Part shown: piece after piece, positions 50,732 through 61,878 of the stretch
Position numbering within the stretch: position 1 is the first letter of the stretch
How the letters are laid out: the number at the start of each line of letters is the position of its first letter
From: an uncultured cyanobacterium
Lineage (GTDB): Bacteria; Cyanobacteriota; Cyanobacteriia; Cyanobacteriales; Nostocaceae
NCBI GenBank assembly: GCA_963706595.1
Contig: OY970166.1
Location: forward strand, 4,192,001-4,256,000
DNA length: 64,000 nucleotides
Direction: 5' to 3'
Translations under genes and position numbers: made by a program
Notes under the pieces: generated by a model
Seen by the model: only the letters and a program-made list of their open reading frames with translations
What the model was told of the DNA's origin: nothing
Databases searched by the model: none

Positions 50732-53700
50732 TCAGGGCGCATCCCCCACTTCCCACTCGCCACTTCCGCAAACCCTCGGCGCATCAGGATGACTAATCAA
50801 ATAACCCTTCAGCCAACTGCAACCCTGCGCTAGTAAATCATCAAGATCCAAATTCCACAGTTTGATCGTCTTATCCCAACTGGCGGAGGCTAAAGTTTTG
50901 CCGTCGGGGCTGAACACCACACTATTGACCGATGCGCCATGACCTTCTAGGGTAGAAATCAGTTTACCTGTGTCCCGATGCCACAGTTTGATCGTCTGGT
51001 CAGCACTGGCGGAGGTTAAGGTTTTGCCGTCCGGGCTGAACACCACACTCCTGACCCAATCGCCATGACCTTCTAGGGTAGAAATCAGTTTACCTGTGTC
51101 CCGATGCCACAGTTTGATCGTCTTGTCAGCACTGGCGGAGGCTAAAGTTTTGCCGTCCGGGCTGAACACCACACTAATGACCCTTTCGCCATGACCTTCT
51201 AGGGTAGAAATCAGTTTACCTGTGTCCCGATGCCACAGTTTGATCGTCTTGTCAGCACTGGCGGAGGCTAAAGTTTTGCCGTCGGGGCTGAACACCACAC
51301 TATTGACCGATTCGCCATGACCTTCTAGGGTAGAAATCAGTTTACCTGTGTCCCGATGCCACAGTTTGATCGTCTTGTCAGCACTGGCGGAGGCTAAAGT
51401 TTTGCCGTCGGGGCTGAACACCACACTATTGACCGATTCGCCATGACCTTCTAGGGTAGAAATCAGTTTACCTGTGTCCCGATGCCACAGTTTGATCGTC
51501 TTGTCATCACTGGCGGAGGCTAAAGTTTTGCCGTCGGGGCTGAACACCACACTATTGACCCAATCGACATGACCTTCTAGGGTAGAAATCAGTTTACCTG
51601 TGTCCCGATGCCACAGTTTGATCGTTTTATCCCAACTGGCGGAGGCTAAAGTTTTGCCGTCGGGGCTGAACACCACACTAATGACCCTTTCGCCATGACC
51701 TTCTAAGCGATTTATTTCTCGAATATTGAGCAGAATAGTCTGCAAACTAAACAAAGGGCTATAGGCAGGATAATCTGCTAAAGATTTTTTATCCTTGACT
51801 AAAGTTTTGAGTTTTTCCGCACTCTGCACTGCTAACAGCAATGCCTCAATTTCTCTTGAAGGTCTAAACTCCCGCAAGGCATTTGTGCCTTCTTGTTCCA
51901 GTTGCGTACCTATCTGGGCAGTTTCACGTTCTCTTTCTGCTATATCTAAACCTGCAATAGCATTTTGACGCTGCTTTTCTGCACTATCACGTTGTCTTTG
52001 AGCAGTTAGCGCCTGTTGTTGTGCCGTCTGTTGCTGTGAAATTGCTTGCTGTGCCTGTGTCTGCGCTTGTTGGTACTGTGTGTTAGCTGCAGCTACTGCC
52101 TTATTTGCTTTATCTAAAGTTTGCTGTGATTCTTTTATCTTGTTCTCAGCAATCGTTAAATTCTTGTCTGCTAAAGATTTTTGTTTTAATATCCTGCTAT
52201 TTTCTGTCTTAGTTTCTTCAGTTGCTGCTTGAGCTTGTTTTAAATCTTCCTTAGCCGCATCTGCTTCTTTTGTAGCTGTTTTTGCTATTGCGAGAGCATT
52301 TCTAGATATTTTAATACTATATTGAGTGACGAGAAAAGATGCAACTGCCCCTACCAATGTCACACTCAGTATAAAAGAACCAATACGAATGCTTCGATTA
52401 GCTTTACGGTTCGCCTCTGCTAAAACCTGCTTTGCTTCTTCCTCAACTTCCAGACTTTTCTGGAGGTCACGTTTTTCTAATTCCTGACTAGCATCCAAAA
52501 ATCGGTCATCAACATCAGTCAAACCTTTACCAATTCGCCAAACCAAAGCCTCTTGTAACGCCTTTCCCCGCAACAACCGCGATTCATCTTGAAAATCAGC
52601 CGCCACCCAAGCATTAAAAGCATCAGAATAAGGACGCAACTTAGCTAAAATCTTCTCACACCACTCTTGCTGAAACACCTCTGCATAGATGCGGTTATAA
52701 ATTCGCAACTTCCCATCCCGCCGCACCACCAACCCAGTTAACCGCAGCACCTTTTGGTCATCACTATCATCAGCAACTATCTCACCCTGCTGCATAATTT
52801 GCTGACACAACCCCAACAACCGCCCAGTTCGCTGTTCCCCACTCAGCATGATTCTATCTCGAATCGTCTTCAAATGTTCCGGCTCATCCTGCCCTTCCCA
52901 ATTCTCAATAATCCGCTTTCTGACAACTGCTTCCACTAACTGCTCAATTTGGGATTTTTGCTGATTTTTTGATTCTTGTGGGGGTGAAGAAGACGCGATA
53001 AATGGGGCAGAAGAAGACGCGATAAATGGGGCAGAAGAAGACGCGATAAATCGCGTCTCTACAAGGTGTTCTTCGATTAATAGGTTACAAACTTTCTGCG
53101 TCAAAAACGGTTGTCCTCCCGTCCACGCTAACACTGTTGCTATTACGTCCTGGGGATTACCAAACTTTGTCAAACCCTGGGCTAAAGGTTCTGCTTCATC
53201 TAATTCAAAACCGGTTAAATCAATAGCTTGTCCAATATTAAAAGGTGTGCGTCCTTTATCTTGAATCAAATCGGAAGGAGTGGACACCCCAATCAAGGCA
53301 AAGGTGAGACGGTTATATTCAGGATTATCAGCCCGGCGGTTATAGCAGTCTCGAATTACTGCAAAAAAATCATCCAGGTTAAAAGTCAAGCTAAGAATAC
53401 TATCAATTTCGTCAATAAAAATAACTATATTGGCTGTGATTTCTTTTAATAAAACTGTTTCAATAAATTTACTAAAACGCTGCACAGGTGAAAGCAACTC
53501 GTTCTGACTCCACCAACTTTCTAAATCAAAAGCAGTATAAATCTTAAAATATCCCACTAAGGTATCAATCACCCCGGCATACCATTGTTCTGGCGTAATA
53601 TCTGCCGTCCCCACTGAGGTAATATCAACTACAGCACAAGCCAACCCCTCATTCTGCAACTGTTGCATCACCCGCACCCGCAAGCTAGATTTCCCCATTT

Positions 53701-53833
53701 GGCGCGAGTTGAGGACATAACAAAATTTTCCAGCTTTCAAGCCTGCATACAAATCATCATCAGCTTGCCGTTTGACATAAGTTGGTGCATCTTGGGGTAA
53801 GCTACCCCCGACTTGATACTGGTACTGGGTCAT
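50732..53833 (-). CDS. AAA_35-type P-loop NTPase - TM - coiled coil - 7x WD40 protein
   Basis: Start [12 protein letters not shown] at 53833; [46 protein letters not shown]; seven 42-aa WD repeats. Confidence 0.9.
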   Translation of the reverse strand: MTQYQYQVGGSLPQDAPTYVKRQADDDLYAGLKAGKFCYVLNSRQMGKSSLRVRVMQQLQNEGLACAVVDITSVGTADITPEQWYAGVIDTLVGYFKIYTAFDLESWWSQNELLSPVQRFSKFIETVLLKEITANIVIFIDEIDSILSLTFNLDDFFAVIRDCYNRRADNPEYNRLTFALIGVSTPSDLIQDKGRTPFNIGQAIDLTGFELDEAEPLAQGLTKFGNPQDVIATVLAWTGGQPFLTQKVCNLLIEEHLVETRFIASSSAPFIASSSAPFIASSSPPQESKNQQKSQIEQLVEAVVRKRIIENWEGQDEPEHLKTIRDRIMLSGEQRTGRLLGLCQQIMQQGEIVADDSDDQKVLRLTGLVVRRDGKLRIYNRIYAEVFQQEWCEKILAKLRPYSDAFNAWVAADFQDESRLLRGKALQEALVWRIGKGLTDVDDRFLDASQELEKRDLQKSLEVEEEAKQVLAEANRKANRSIRIGSFILSVTLVGAVASFLVTQYSIKISRNALAIAKTATKEADAAKEDLKQAQAATEETKTENSRILKQKSLADKNLTIAENKIKESQQTLDKANKAVAAANTQYQQAQTQAQQAISQQQTAQQQALTAQRQRDSAEKQRQNAIAGLDIAERERETAQIGTQLEQEGTNALREFRPSREIEALLLAVQSAEKLKTLVKDKKSLADYPAYSPLFSLQTILLNIREINRLEGHGERVISVVFSPDGKTLASASWDKTIKLWHRDTGKLISTLEGHVDWVNSVVFSPDGKTLASASDDKTIKLWHRDTGKLISTLEGHGESVNSVVFSPDGKTLASASADKTIKLWHRDTGKLISTLEGHGESVNSVVFSPDGKTLASASADKTIKLWHRDTGKLISTLEGHGERVISVVFSPDGKTLASASADKTIKLWHRDTGKLISTLEGHGDWVRSVVFSPDGKTLTSASADQTIKLWHRDTGKLISTLEGHGASVNSVVFSPDGKTLASASWDKTIKLWNLDLDDLLAQGCSWLKGYLISHPDAPRVCGSGEWEVGDAP
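50855..51706 (-). repeat. Seven near-identical 126-bp WD40-coding repeats
   Basis: [42 protein letters not shown] repeated; DNA near-identical. Confidence 0.95.
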
Positions 53834-53976
53834 AAATGGGTGTAGGGGTGTAATTGAAGAAACCCCTCTCCAAACCTCTCCCCCCACAGGGAGAGAGGCT
53901 TTGATTCTTGCTCCCCTTCCCTTGTAGGGAAGGGATTGGGGGTTAGGTTTGAGAATGTTGTTAACTGTTAACTGAT

Positions 53977-55578
53977 TCATAGTTCGAGGCGATCGCAAAA
54001 GTATTTCCGGTATAAATTACATAAAGGCATAATTTTATTTCCTTGAAATTTGACTAACCCCATACTGCGGAGTTTAAAGGCTTCTATGGTTCCCACATTC
54101 ACCGCCTCATCAGCTAAAACTACTTGCTTCAGCGCTGCTAATAATTCTTCATCCTCCTGCAAATTCAGCAAATGGCGGCGCAAATGGTCATTATAGGGGC
54201 CGGCTTCTGTGGGTGCGACTTGTTCTAGCTTGTCTAATGTCGTCCTCTCCCGTGCAATTTGATAAAGCGCCATTCGCACTAAATAAGGATGTCCACCCAC
54301 AAGCATAATTAACTGTTGCACTTGGGAATTAGACCAACTTAATCCATGACGCTGGACTAAATCTTGCACCTGTTCTTGATTTAACTCTGGTAACTCCACA
54401 GGTAAACCCACATTAAAGGGCGACTGATTAATATTCAAAGGCACGTACACTTCCTTAGAATGCACAATAATTAACCTGAGTTTTTTCCAATCTGGGTCAT
54501 TTTTAGCCCGTTCATGCCAAGCCCGTAGCAAACCAAAGAAATCCGTGGCTATTGTGGGATGCTTAAAAATTTCATCTACTTCATCTAAACCCAAAACAAT
54601 CGGCTTGTCTATCTCCTGGAGTAAATACCTCTGAAAGTAATTTGTACACTTGTTTTTACTACCCAAAACCCCTTTCCAATAGTCGTCTAGCTTTTCTGGT
54701 AAATTCAAGCTATCGGTGACACTGGCGCAGAACCACTGCAAAAACATATCCAAGCTGCTGAGATATTCCGCATCGGCTGATTGAAAATTTAAAGATGCAG
54801 GTTTATAACCTTGCTTGCTACCATAATCCAGAACCCTTGACATTAAGGAGCTTTTACCCATCTGTCTGGGGGCTTTAATCCGAATTAATGCCCCATCCCG
54901 GAGAATTTCTTCATAGCAGTCAGTTTCAACAGGCGATCGCTTGATGTAAAATGGAGATTCCAAAGGTACTTGTCCTTCAGGATTTTCTAAAGCGATCGCT
55001 GAATTAATGGGAACGCACTTGGCTGATTTGCTTTTCAGTACAGGGGTTGCCGATTCAGGAATGCTTTCTAAATCAATCGCCGTACAGCCAAACTCATAAG
55101 CATCTTCATAATCTCTCCCAGCCCCTAAAGCATCATAAAAGCCCACAGCAAACTTAATTGCGGCTTTATCCCCAAAAGCCTGATTCATCCCCACTACACA
55201 GTCAATGTGTTGAAAAATCGCCTCAGCTTGCACCTCGCTATAGCAAGCATTTAACAACACACATTCTATGTTGTCCTGAAATAATTTAAACAGCCTCGCC
55301 AGTGCATCTGTATTTACTAGCTGTGCATCCCCTGTCTTACTTTCCAAAACCAAACCTTGTTCCCCAGCACCATGTCCAGAAAAGTGGACTATCTGAGGCT
55401 GATAATCTAAAAGACTACGGCGCAAATCATCGGGACGCACAGCCCATTTAGAAATAATTGTAAACTGATCTCGACATTGAGAACGTTCTAAACCTGCCTG
55501 AATTTCTCTAACCTCTTCATCCAAGCGCAGTCGGCTGGTATTTGTGGGATTGGCTGATAAAATCAGGATTTTTTTCAC
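53977..55578 (-). CDS. CHAT (caspase-like) protease domain fused to AAA_35-type NTPase
   Basis: ILSANP, VHFSGHG (His), LLNACYS (Cys); [22 protein letters not shown]. Confidence 0.88.
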   Translation of the reverse strand: MKKILILSANPTNTSRLRLDEEVREIQAGLERSQCRDQFTIISKWAVRPDDLRRSLLDYQPQIVHFSGHGAGEQGLVLESKTGDAQLVNTDALARLFKLFQDNIECVLLNACYSEVQAEAIFQHIDCVVGMNQAFGDKAAIKFAVGFYDALGAGRDYEDAYEFGCTAIDLESIPESATPVLKSKSAKCVPINSAIALENPEGQVPLESPFYIKRSPVETDCYEEILRDGALIRIKAPRQMGKSSLMSRVLDYGSKQGYKPASLNFQSADAEYLSSLDMFLQWFCASVTDSLNLPEKLDDYWKGVLGSKNKCTNYFQRYLLQEIDKPIVLGLDEVDEIFKHPTIATDFFGLLRAWHERAKNDPDWKKLRLIIVHSKEVYVPLNINQSPFNVGLPVELPELNQEQVQDLVQRHGLSWSNSQVQQLIMLVGGHPYLVRMALYQIARERTTLDKLEQVAPTEAGPYNDHLRRHLLNLQEDEELLAALKQVVLADEAVNVGTIEAFKLRSMGLVKFQGNKIMPLCNLYRKYFCDRLEL

Positions 55579-55806
55579 AACAGAGAATAAAAGTAGATTA
55601 ACCCAGGGTTTTCACCTAAATATAGTCTACTACAGCCAATATTCCCAAAACACGCTTAGTTATAAAGAAATTAATCAGGCGATCGCTCTCATTTTCAAGT
55701 AATATGATCTTTGAAGATGAATGAAGAAATGGGTAATCAGAAATCCTACAGAATTCTGAAATTAATCTGTTAACAGTGACAAATAATTAGTGAATTTACA
55801 AAAAAA

Positions 55807-55878
55807 AGCGGGTGATGGGACTCGAACCCACGACGTTCACCATGGGAAGATGACATTCTACCACTGAATTACACCCGC
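55807..55878 (-). tRNA. tRNA-Gly(CCC)
   Basis: GCGGGTGTAATTCAGTGGTAGAATGTCATCTTCCCATGGTGAACGTCGTGGGTTCGAGTCCCATCACCCGCT folds as a cloverleaf; anticodon loop TTCCCAT; CCA not encoded. Confidence 0.95.
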
Positions 55879-56378
55879 AAATAATGGTTAACTTAACCAA
55901 GCCATCAACTATAATAGCACTATATTGGCAGATAATAACTTACAAAATGATTTTTTGGTCATATCCAGCAGACTGATTACCAGAACCTCAGCTACAAGTT
56001 AGCCTGGGTGGCGGGTTTAAATCCTCACCATACCCTTGATAACTGTTCACTGTTCACTTAATTCACACCTGTAACCTGCTACTTCTATAAATTGAGAGAC
56101 TATGGACTATGATTGTGAGCAAGACATAAAGGTGGCTACCAACCACACTAGTACAAGTCGGCGTAAATAAACAGACTATTCAAGAGGAATGAAAAGCCTA
56201 GAAGATAAGACTTTTGTACGGGCGTATTGCAATACTACCCTACTGATAAACGCCTGGCGGTACTAGTACCTAAGCTACATCTGATAAATCTGCATTGTCT
56301 GCAATTCCAGCAATAGCAAACCTGACCATGCAATTTTGACAACTCTACATAAAAATTTTATTTATCTGAGTCACCAAT

Positions 56379-57254
56379 ATGTTCAATGTCACTGAAATTT
56401 TAATTGATGCCTTTGTTAACCAAATTCGAGAAGGCTACCGTCGCACGTACGGCTGCTTAAAAAATGATTATCAAGATATTATCGCTTGGGCTGGTAATAT
56501 GGCGTTGGAAAATATTGCCAATAGCGATGCCCTATATCACAATGTGGAACATTCTGTCTTAGTTGCGATTGTGGGTCAAGAAATTCTACGGGGTAAACAC
56601 ATCCGAGAAGGTGGTGTCTCTAGTGAAGATTGGCTGCATTTTATCATTTCCTTGGTGTGTCATGATATTGGCTATGTTAAAGGCGTTTGCCGAGAAGACA
56701 AAGAGTCTATAAATTTATATTCCACAGGTCAAGATGACAAAATGATTTCTCTGCATCCAGGGGCTTCTGATGCTGCTCTGACACCCTATCATGTTGATAG
56801 AGCGAAACTCTTCATTGATGAGCGTTTTGGTGGTCACAAGTTAATTGATGCGGAAGTTATTAAAACTAATATTGAGTTGACGCGGTTTCCTGTCCCTGTG
56901 GCGGAGGATCATCAAGATACCATTAGCTTTGCAGGCTTAGTACGTGCGGCTGATTTGATTGGACAATTAAGCGACCCACGTTATTTAAAGAAAATTACTT
57001 CTTTATTCTACGAGTTTCAAGAAACTGGGATAAATGAAGTTTTGGGTTACAAAACACCTGCCGATTTACGCAAAAACTACGCTAAATTTTACTGGAATGG
57101 CGTTTATCCTTATATTAAAGATGGATTACATTACTTGTCCCTGACTCAGCAGGGTAAACAAATTATGGCGAATCTCTACTCAAATGTTTTTGTTGTAGAA
57201 CATGAAAAGAGCCAAGAAGAAAATTTATATTTACTAGAACAACAACATAGTTAG
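56379..57254 (+). CDS. HD-domain metalloprotein (Npun_R2479-like family)
   Basis: YHNVEH, CHDIGY, YHVDR, AADLIGQ. Confidence 0.85.
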   Translation: MFNVTEILIDAFVNQIREGYRRTYGCLKNDYQDIIAWAGNMALENIANSDALYHNVEHSVLVAIVGQEILRGKHIREGGVSSEDWLHFIISLVCHDIGYVKGVCREDKESINLYSTGQDDKMISLHPGASDAALTPYHVDRAKLFIDERFGGHKLIDAEVIKTNIELTRFPVPVAEDHQDTISFAGLVRAADLIGQLSDPRYLKKITSLFYEFQETGINEVLGYKTPADLRKNYAKFYWNGVYPYIKDGLHYLSLTQQGKQIMANLYSNVFVVEHEKSQEENLYLLEQQHS

Positions 57255-57455
57255 ATATAGTAATCCGCTTTGATTTTTCAACTTACTTGCGTAGGTGGGG
57301 AGTGGGGAGTGGGGAGTGGGAAACAATATATCCAGATCCCCGACTTCTCTAAGAAGTCGGGGATCTATATCGACCTACTTATCTCCGACAAAGAATGTAG
57401 AGAAGCTGCATGAAACGTCTCTACAAGCGTTTACCGAAGGCAAAGGAAAAATAAC

Positions 57456-58577
57456 ATGAATTGGTGGCAAAGACTTCAGAAAAATCCTTTGGCGCGATTG
57501 GGGGCAATTGTGCTGTTAATTTTCTATGTGGCGGTAATTGCTGCTGATTTCGTCGCTCCTTATAATCCTCTTGCTTCACAGCCAAATGGTTCACTGCTAC
57601 CACCAACTCAAATTTATTGGTTTTCACAATCAGGGACTAAGCAATTCATTGGACCTCATGTATATCCCACAACTCAAGGAGATACTAACTTGGAAACAGG
57701 CGATCGCCTATTAATTGTAGACTTGGAAAAGCCTACACCTCTACGTTTGTTTGTCTCCGGTCCTGAGTATCGGCTGTTTCAGTTGCGTTTACCACTACCG
57801 CCCAACTGGGATGAAGTCACTATTTCCCCTGGTATTCCTCTAAATTGGCACTTGTTTGGGACAGCAGGTGCAGCCTATATGAATATCTTAGGTACTGACG
57901 ACCAAGGGCGCGACCAATTCAGCCGTCTGTTACATGGTGGTCGCATTAGTATGTTTATTGGCATTATCGGGGTGATGATTACCTTTCCCCTGGGTCTGAT
58001 AATTGGCGGAATTTCTGGCTATTTCGGCGGTTGGACTGATAGCGTAATTATGCGTGTTGCCGAAGTGCTAATGACTTTCCCTGGAATTTATCTATTGGTG
58101 ACTTTGGGCGCAGTTTTACCACCAGGTTTAACCAGTACCCAGCGCTTTTTATTAATTGTCGTGATTACTTCGGTGATTAGTTGGGCGGGGTTAGCGCGGG
58201 TAATTCGGGGACAGGTGCTATCGATAAAAGAGCGAGAATTTGTCCAAGCAGCCAAAGCAATGGGTGGTAAGCCAATTTACATTATTATTCGTCATATTTT
58301 GCAGCAAACTGCCACCTATGTGATTATTTCCGCAACATTGGCTGTTCCTGGTTTTATTGGTGCGGAAGCTGTCTTAAGTCTGATTGGTTTGGGAATTCAA
58401 CAACCTGATCCTTCTTGGGGAAATATGCTTTCTTTAGCCAGCAATGCTTCAATTGTAGTGTTGCAACCTTGGTTAATTTGGCCGCCTGCGGCGTTAATTA
58501 TTCTCACAGTGCTGTCTTTTAATTTACTCGGTGACGGTTTGAGAGATGCTCTTGATCCCCGCAGTTTGCGAAGATAG
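57456..58577 (+). CDS. Peptide/nickel ABC transporter permease (DppC/OppC-like)
   Basis: LGTDDQGRD, EFVQAAKAMG (EAA loop), PSWG.ML, GDGLRDALDP. Confidence 0.93.
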   Translation: MNWWQRLQKNPLARLGAIVLLIFYVAVIAADFVAPYNPLASQPNGSLLPPTQIYWFSQSGTKQFIGPHVYPTTQGDTNLETGDRLLIVDLEKPTPLRLFVSGPEYRLFQLRLPLPPNWDEVTISPGIPLNWHLFGTAGAAYMNILGTDDQGRDQFSRLLHGGRISMFIGIIGVMITFPLGLIIGGISGYFGGWTDSVIMRVAEVLMTFPGIYLLVTLGAVLPPGLTSTQRFLLIVVITSVISWAGLARVIRGQVLSIKEREFVQAAKAMGGKPIYIIIRHILQQTATYVIISATLAVPGFIGAEAVLSLIGLGIQQPDPSWGNMLSLASNASIVVLQPWLIWPPAALIILTVLSFNLLGDGLRDALDPRSLRR

Positions 58578-58789
58578 GTTTGATGAGGCTTGCTATAGTC
58601 ATTGAACCCCACCCCCAACCCCTCCCCGCAAGCGAGGAGGGGAGTTAAGTATAGTTTTTGTAGAAAATGGGGTTGTTTTATTTTTTTGGCATTGAGTGTG
58701 GGCAAAAATAACAGAGGAGATGAGGAGCAAATTTTCCAACTTACTCTTCATCTCCTGTATAAAATTTGTGATTTTTGCTGGTGCTGTGG

Positions 58790-60010
58790 TTAAGGAGCCA
58801 AAGCGTTACCGCGAATCAGACTACCAATAGTTTTGGCAGTAATTTTTAGTTGGGTGAAGGGGTTGGCGGGGACAACTGTTTTATATAGATAGCTATCAAA
58901 TGTGAGCTTCTGCACATCCAGGTCATCGCACATTTCCACAAAGGCTTCGCGGGTAGCGTCGGAACGGTAGAACACGGTTTGCAAAATGTCAAGCACTTTG
59001 TAGGTGAGTCCGTATTTTTTATCCCAGCGCTTCAAGTAAATCTTCAGGTCTTTTTCTGTGGGAATACTTGCACCACTGTTGGACATTTCCACGATGGTTT
59101 CAGCACACATCCGCCCTGACTTAGCTGCAAAGTAAATACCTTCACCAGAGGACTTGGTGACGTAACCAGCCGCATCTCCTACTAACGCAATCCGACCGAC
59201 AACACGACGGGGACGGGGATGTTCAGGGATGGGGTGAGCTTCGACTTTGATGATTTTACCGCCTGCTAGCTTTTCGGAAGCACGGGCGCGGATACCAGCT
59301 TGTAACTGTTTGATGCTGGCTTTATTGACTTGCATTGTGCCAGTACCGACGGCTACGTGGTCGTATTTGGGGAAAACCCAGGCGTAGAAGTCTGTAGAAA
59401 CGTCATTGCCGACATACATTTCGGCTAAGTCGTTATAGTAGTCCATTTTATCCTGGGGTAAGCGGATTCGCTCTTGGAAGGCGATCGCATAGTTATAATC
59501 CCCAGCATCCATTTCTTTAGCAATGCGAGAATTAGCCCCATCCGCCCCAATTACTAAATCTACTTTTAAAGTTTTAGTAATACCTTGTGAACCACCTTCT
59601 GTATGGTCAACGTAGTGGATTGTATAAGGGCTGGTGTTATTTGTGGGTATATCGAGTTTATGAACAGTGGCGTTAATTAAATTTGCCCCTAGTTTTGCCG
59701 CCCGATCTCGCAGGAAACCATCCAGCACTTCCCGACGGCACATTCCTATATATTCGTCTTCTTTTACTATATTGATATTAACCTCACGATTGGAAGGTGA
59801 AATCATTTTCATCTTCCGCACCCGGCGGTCAATAATCTCTGGTGGTAGGTCAAATTCATCCACCATACACAGAGGAATAGCACCCCCGCAGGGCTTGGCA
59901 TTATCTAGCTTCCGCTCAAACAAGTAAGTCTCAATTCCTGCTTTCGCCAGCGTTTCCGCAGCAGATGAACCAGCAGGGCCTGACCCAACAACAGCAACCC
60001 GTAGTGTCAA
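58790..60010 (-). CDS. chlP: Geranylgeranyl reductase
   Basis: GSGPAG, KPCGGAIPLCM, GADGANSR, GDAAGYVTKSSGEGIYFA. Confidence 0.97.
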   Translation of the reverse strand: MTLRVAVVGSGPAGSSAAETLAKAGIETYLFERKLDNAKPCGGAIPLCMVDEFDLPPEIIDRRVRKMKMISPSNREVNINIVKEDEYIGMCRREVLDGFLRDRAAKLGANLINATVHKLDIPTNNTSPYTIHYVDHTEGGSQGITKTLKVDLVIGADGANSRIAKEMDAGDYNYAIAFQERIRLPQDKMDYYNDLAEMYVGNDVSTDFYAWVFPKYDHVAVGTGTMQVNKASIKQLQAGIRARASEKLAGGKIIKVEAHPIPEHPRPRRVVGRIALVGDAAGYVTKSSGEGIYFAAKSGRMCAETIVEMSNSGASIPTEKDLKIYLKRWDKKYGLTYKVLDILQTVFYRSDATREAFVEMCDDLDVQKLTFDSYLYKTVVPANPFTQLKITAKTIGSLIRGNALAP

Positions 60011-60213
60011 AGGTCTTCTCCCAATAGTTGATAAAAACGTTTAACCCAAGCATCCTATCACGGAGTTTTGCTTGATTTCCCGGTCTTGTTTCAGATTTTG
60101 CCTGAAATGCAATATTCCTTAATATTTCGCTACAAAAAGAGGGGGGTAGAGCATCGAAAATCGGGACTTGTCAATGGGAATCATAAGGTATTACCTAGCA
60201 TTTACTGGCTCCT

Positions 60214-60702
60214 ATGCAGATTTCTTCATTCAACTCGTTGACTAGACAAGTCGGTGCGATCGCAATTACTGGATATCAAAAACATATTTCCCCCCATAAA
60301 GGTTTTGCTTGCGCTCATCGAGTCTTGTATGGGGGTGAATCTTGCTCCCAGTATTTCAAGCGGGTGATTATTCAGGGTGGTTTCAGCGCTGCACTCATTC
60401 AGTCTCGTGAACGATTTCAAGCCTGTAAGCAAGCTAATTATATTTTGCGCGCACAAGCCGAGAAACCTGAACCAGAACCACCAAACCCCCAATCACCGCA
60501 GAAAAATCCTAGTAATAATTTGGACTGTAATGACTATCTAAATGGTATTGAGTGTGGCGGTAATTGTGTTGAGATGATGACTACTAGCCCTGATTGTAGT
60601 GCGGTTGATTGCAGTGGGGCTGACTGTGCTAGCCCTGATTGTAGTGCAGTTGATTGCAGTGGTGCTGACTGTAGCTTTCTCGATTGTGGCAGTTGTGGCT
60701 AA
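60214..60702 (+). CDS. YidD-like protein with Cys/Asp-rich repetitive tail
   Basis: I.GYQKHISPHKGFACAHR....SCSQY YidD-like N-terminus; 11 Cys in the last ~60 aa. Confidence 0.75.
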   Translation: MQISSFNSLTRQVGAIAITGYQKHISPHKGFACAHRVLYGGESCSQYFKRVIIQGGFSAALIQSRERFQACKQANYILRAQAEKPEPEPPNPQSPQKNPSNNLDCNDYLNGIECGGNCVEMMTTSPDCSAVDCSGADCASPDCSAVDCSGADCSFLDCGSCG

Positions 60703-60805
60703 AATGTCTAATTCAAATTAACCGAAAGGATCTTATCTGTGATATATGTAAAACACGGTAATCCTAGCAATAAGCCGTAGATTGAATTGTAGAGGTACAG
60801 CAGCA

Positions 60806-61823
60806 GTGGGCATAGTAGTTGAGAATGTATCTAAAAATTTCGGGAGCTTTCAAGCGGTTGATGAGGTTGATCTCGAAATCAAGAGTGGTTCACTGGTGGC
60901 CTTATTGGGGCCATCAGGATCTGGTAAATCCACTTTGCTACGGTTAATTGCGGGGTTGGAAATGCCAGATAGGGGCAAAATCTTGCTGACTGGTAAGGAT
61001 GCTACATATCAAAGTGTGCAAGAGCGAAATATTGGATTTGTGTTTCAGCACTATGCCCTGTTTAAACATTTGAATGTGCGCCAGAATATTGGTTTTGGTT
61101 TAGAAATTCGTAAAGCACCAGCGAAAAAGATTAAGGGCCAGGGTAGATCAATTGCTAGAATTAATCCAATTGACTGGATTAGGCGATCGCTATCCATCCC
61201 AACTTTCCGGGGGTCAAAGACAAAGAGTAGCATTAGCCAGGGCGCTGGCTGTAGAACCTAAAGTATTATTACTAGATGAACCATTTGGCGCACTTGATGC
61301 TAAAGTCCGCAAGGATTTGCGGGCTTGGTTACGCCGCCTCCATGATGAGGTTCATGTTACCACTGTTTTCGTTACCCACGACCAAGAAGAAGCGATGGAA
61401 GTTGCCGACGAAGTAGTGGTGATGAATAAAGGGCGGGTAGAACAGGTGGGAACACCAGCCGAAATTTACGACAATCCCGCAACGGCATTTGTGATGAGCT
61501 TCATTGGCCCGGTAAATGTCTTATCCAACACCTCAAAGATTTTCCAAAGTAGCGGCTTTGATTCGCCAAATAGTCAAGTATTTTTACGTCCCCAAGATGT
61601 GCAGATTGAAAGACAGGCTAATGGGACTACTGCACCAGCTACAGTGACGCGGTTAATACATTTGGGCTGGGAAATTCAGCTAGAATTAACTTTAGATGAT
61701 GGGCAAGTGGTAGCAGCGCATTTAACACGCGATCGCTTTAATGAGTTACAGTTAGAACCGCAAGACCGGGTGTATGTGAAGCCCAAAGATGCGAGGTCTT
61801 TTCCCCTGTACTATTCAATTTAA
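60806..61823 (+). pseudogene. cysA: Sulfate/thiosulfate ABC transporter ATPase split by a +1 frameshift (real or sequencing error)
   Basis: GTG start [18 protein letters not shown] and FVFQHYALF in one frame; [23 protein letters not shown] and TOBE in the next; extra G in GGG at 61135-61137. Confidence 0.85.
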
Positions 61824-61844
61824 ATGCAGTATAGAGATACTTTG

Positions 61845-61878
61845 AAAACCCCAATTTCTTGAAGAAATTGGGGTTTTT
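61845..61878 (+). terminator. Hairpin plus T-run downstream of cysA (may belong to the palindromic repeat family)
   Basis: AAAACCCCAATTTCTT-G-AAGAAATTGGGGTTTTT. Confidence 0.6.

Noticed and set aside
50855..51706. CRISPR or diversity-generating retroelement explanation for the variable repeats
   Set aside because: Repeats are in-frame WD40 coding units; no reverse transcriptase or separate template repeat is visible in the window
53834..53998. N-terminal extension of the WD40 NTPase in the ORF track
   Set aside because: Reads through an intergenic palindromic repeat; the family-like start is [12 protein letters not shown] at 53833
49664..55878. Integrative element at tRNA-Gly
   Set aside because: Accessory-type genes lie downstream of the tRNA, but I found no integrase and no duplicated tRNA 3' end
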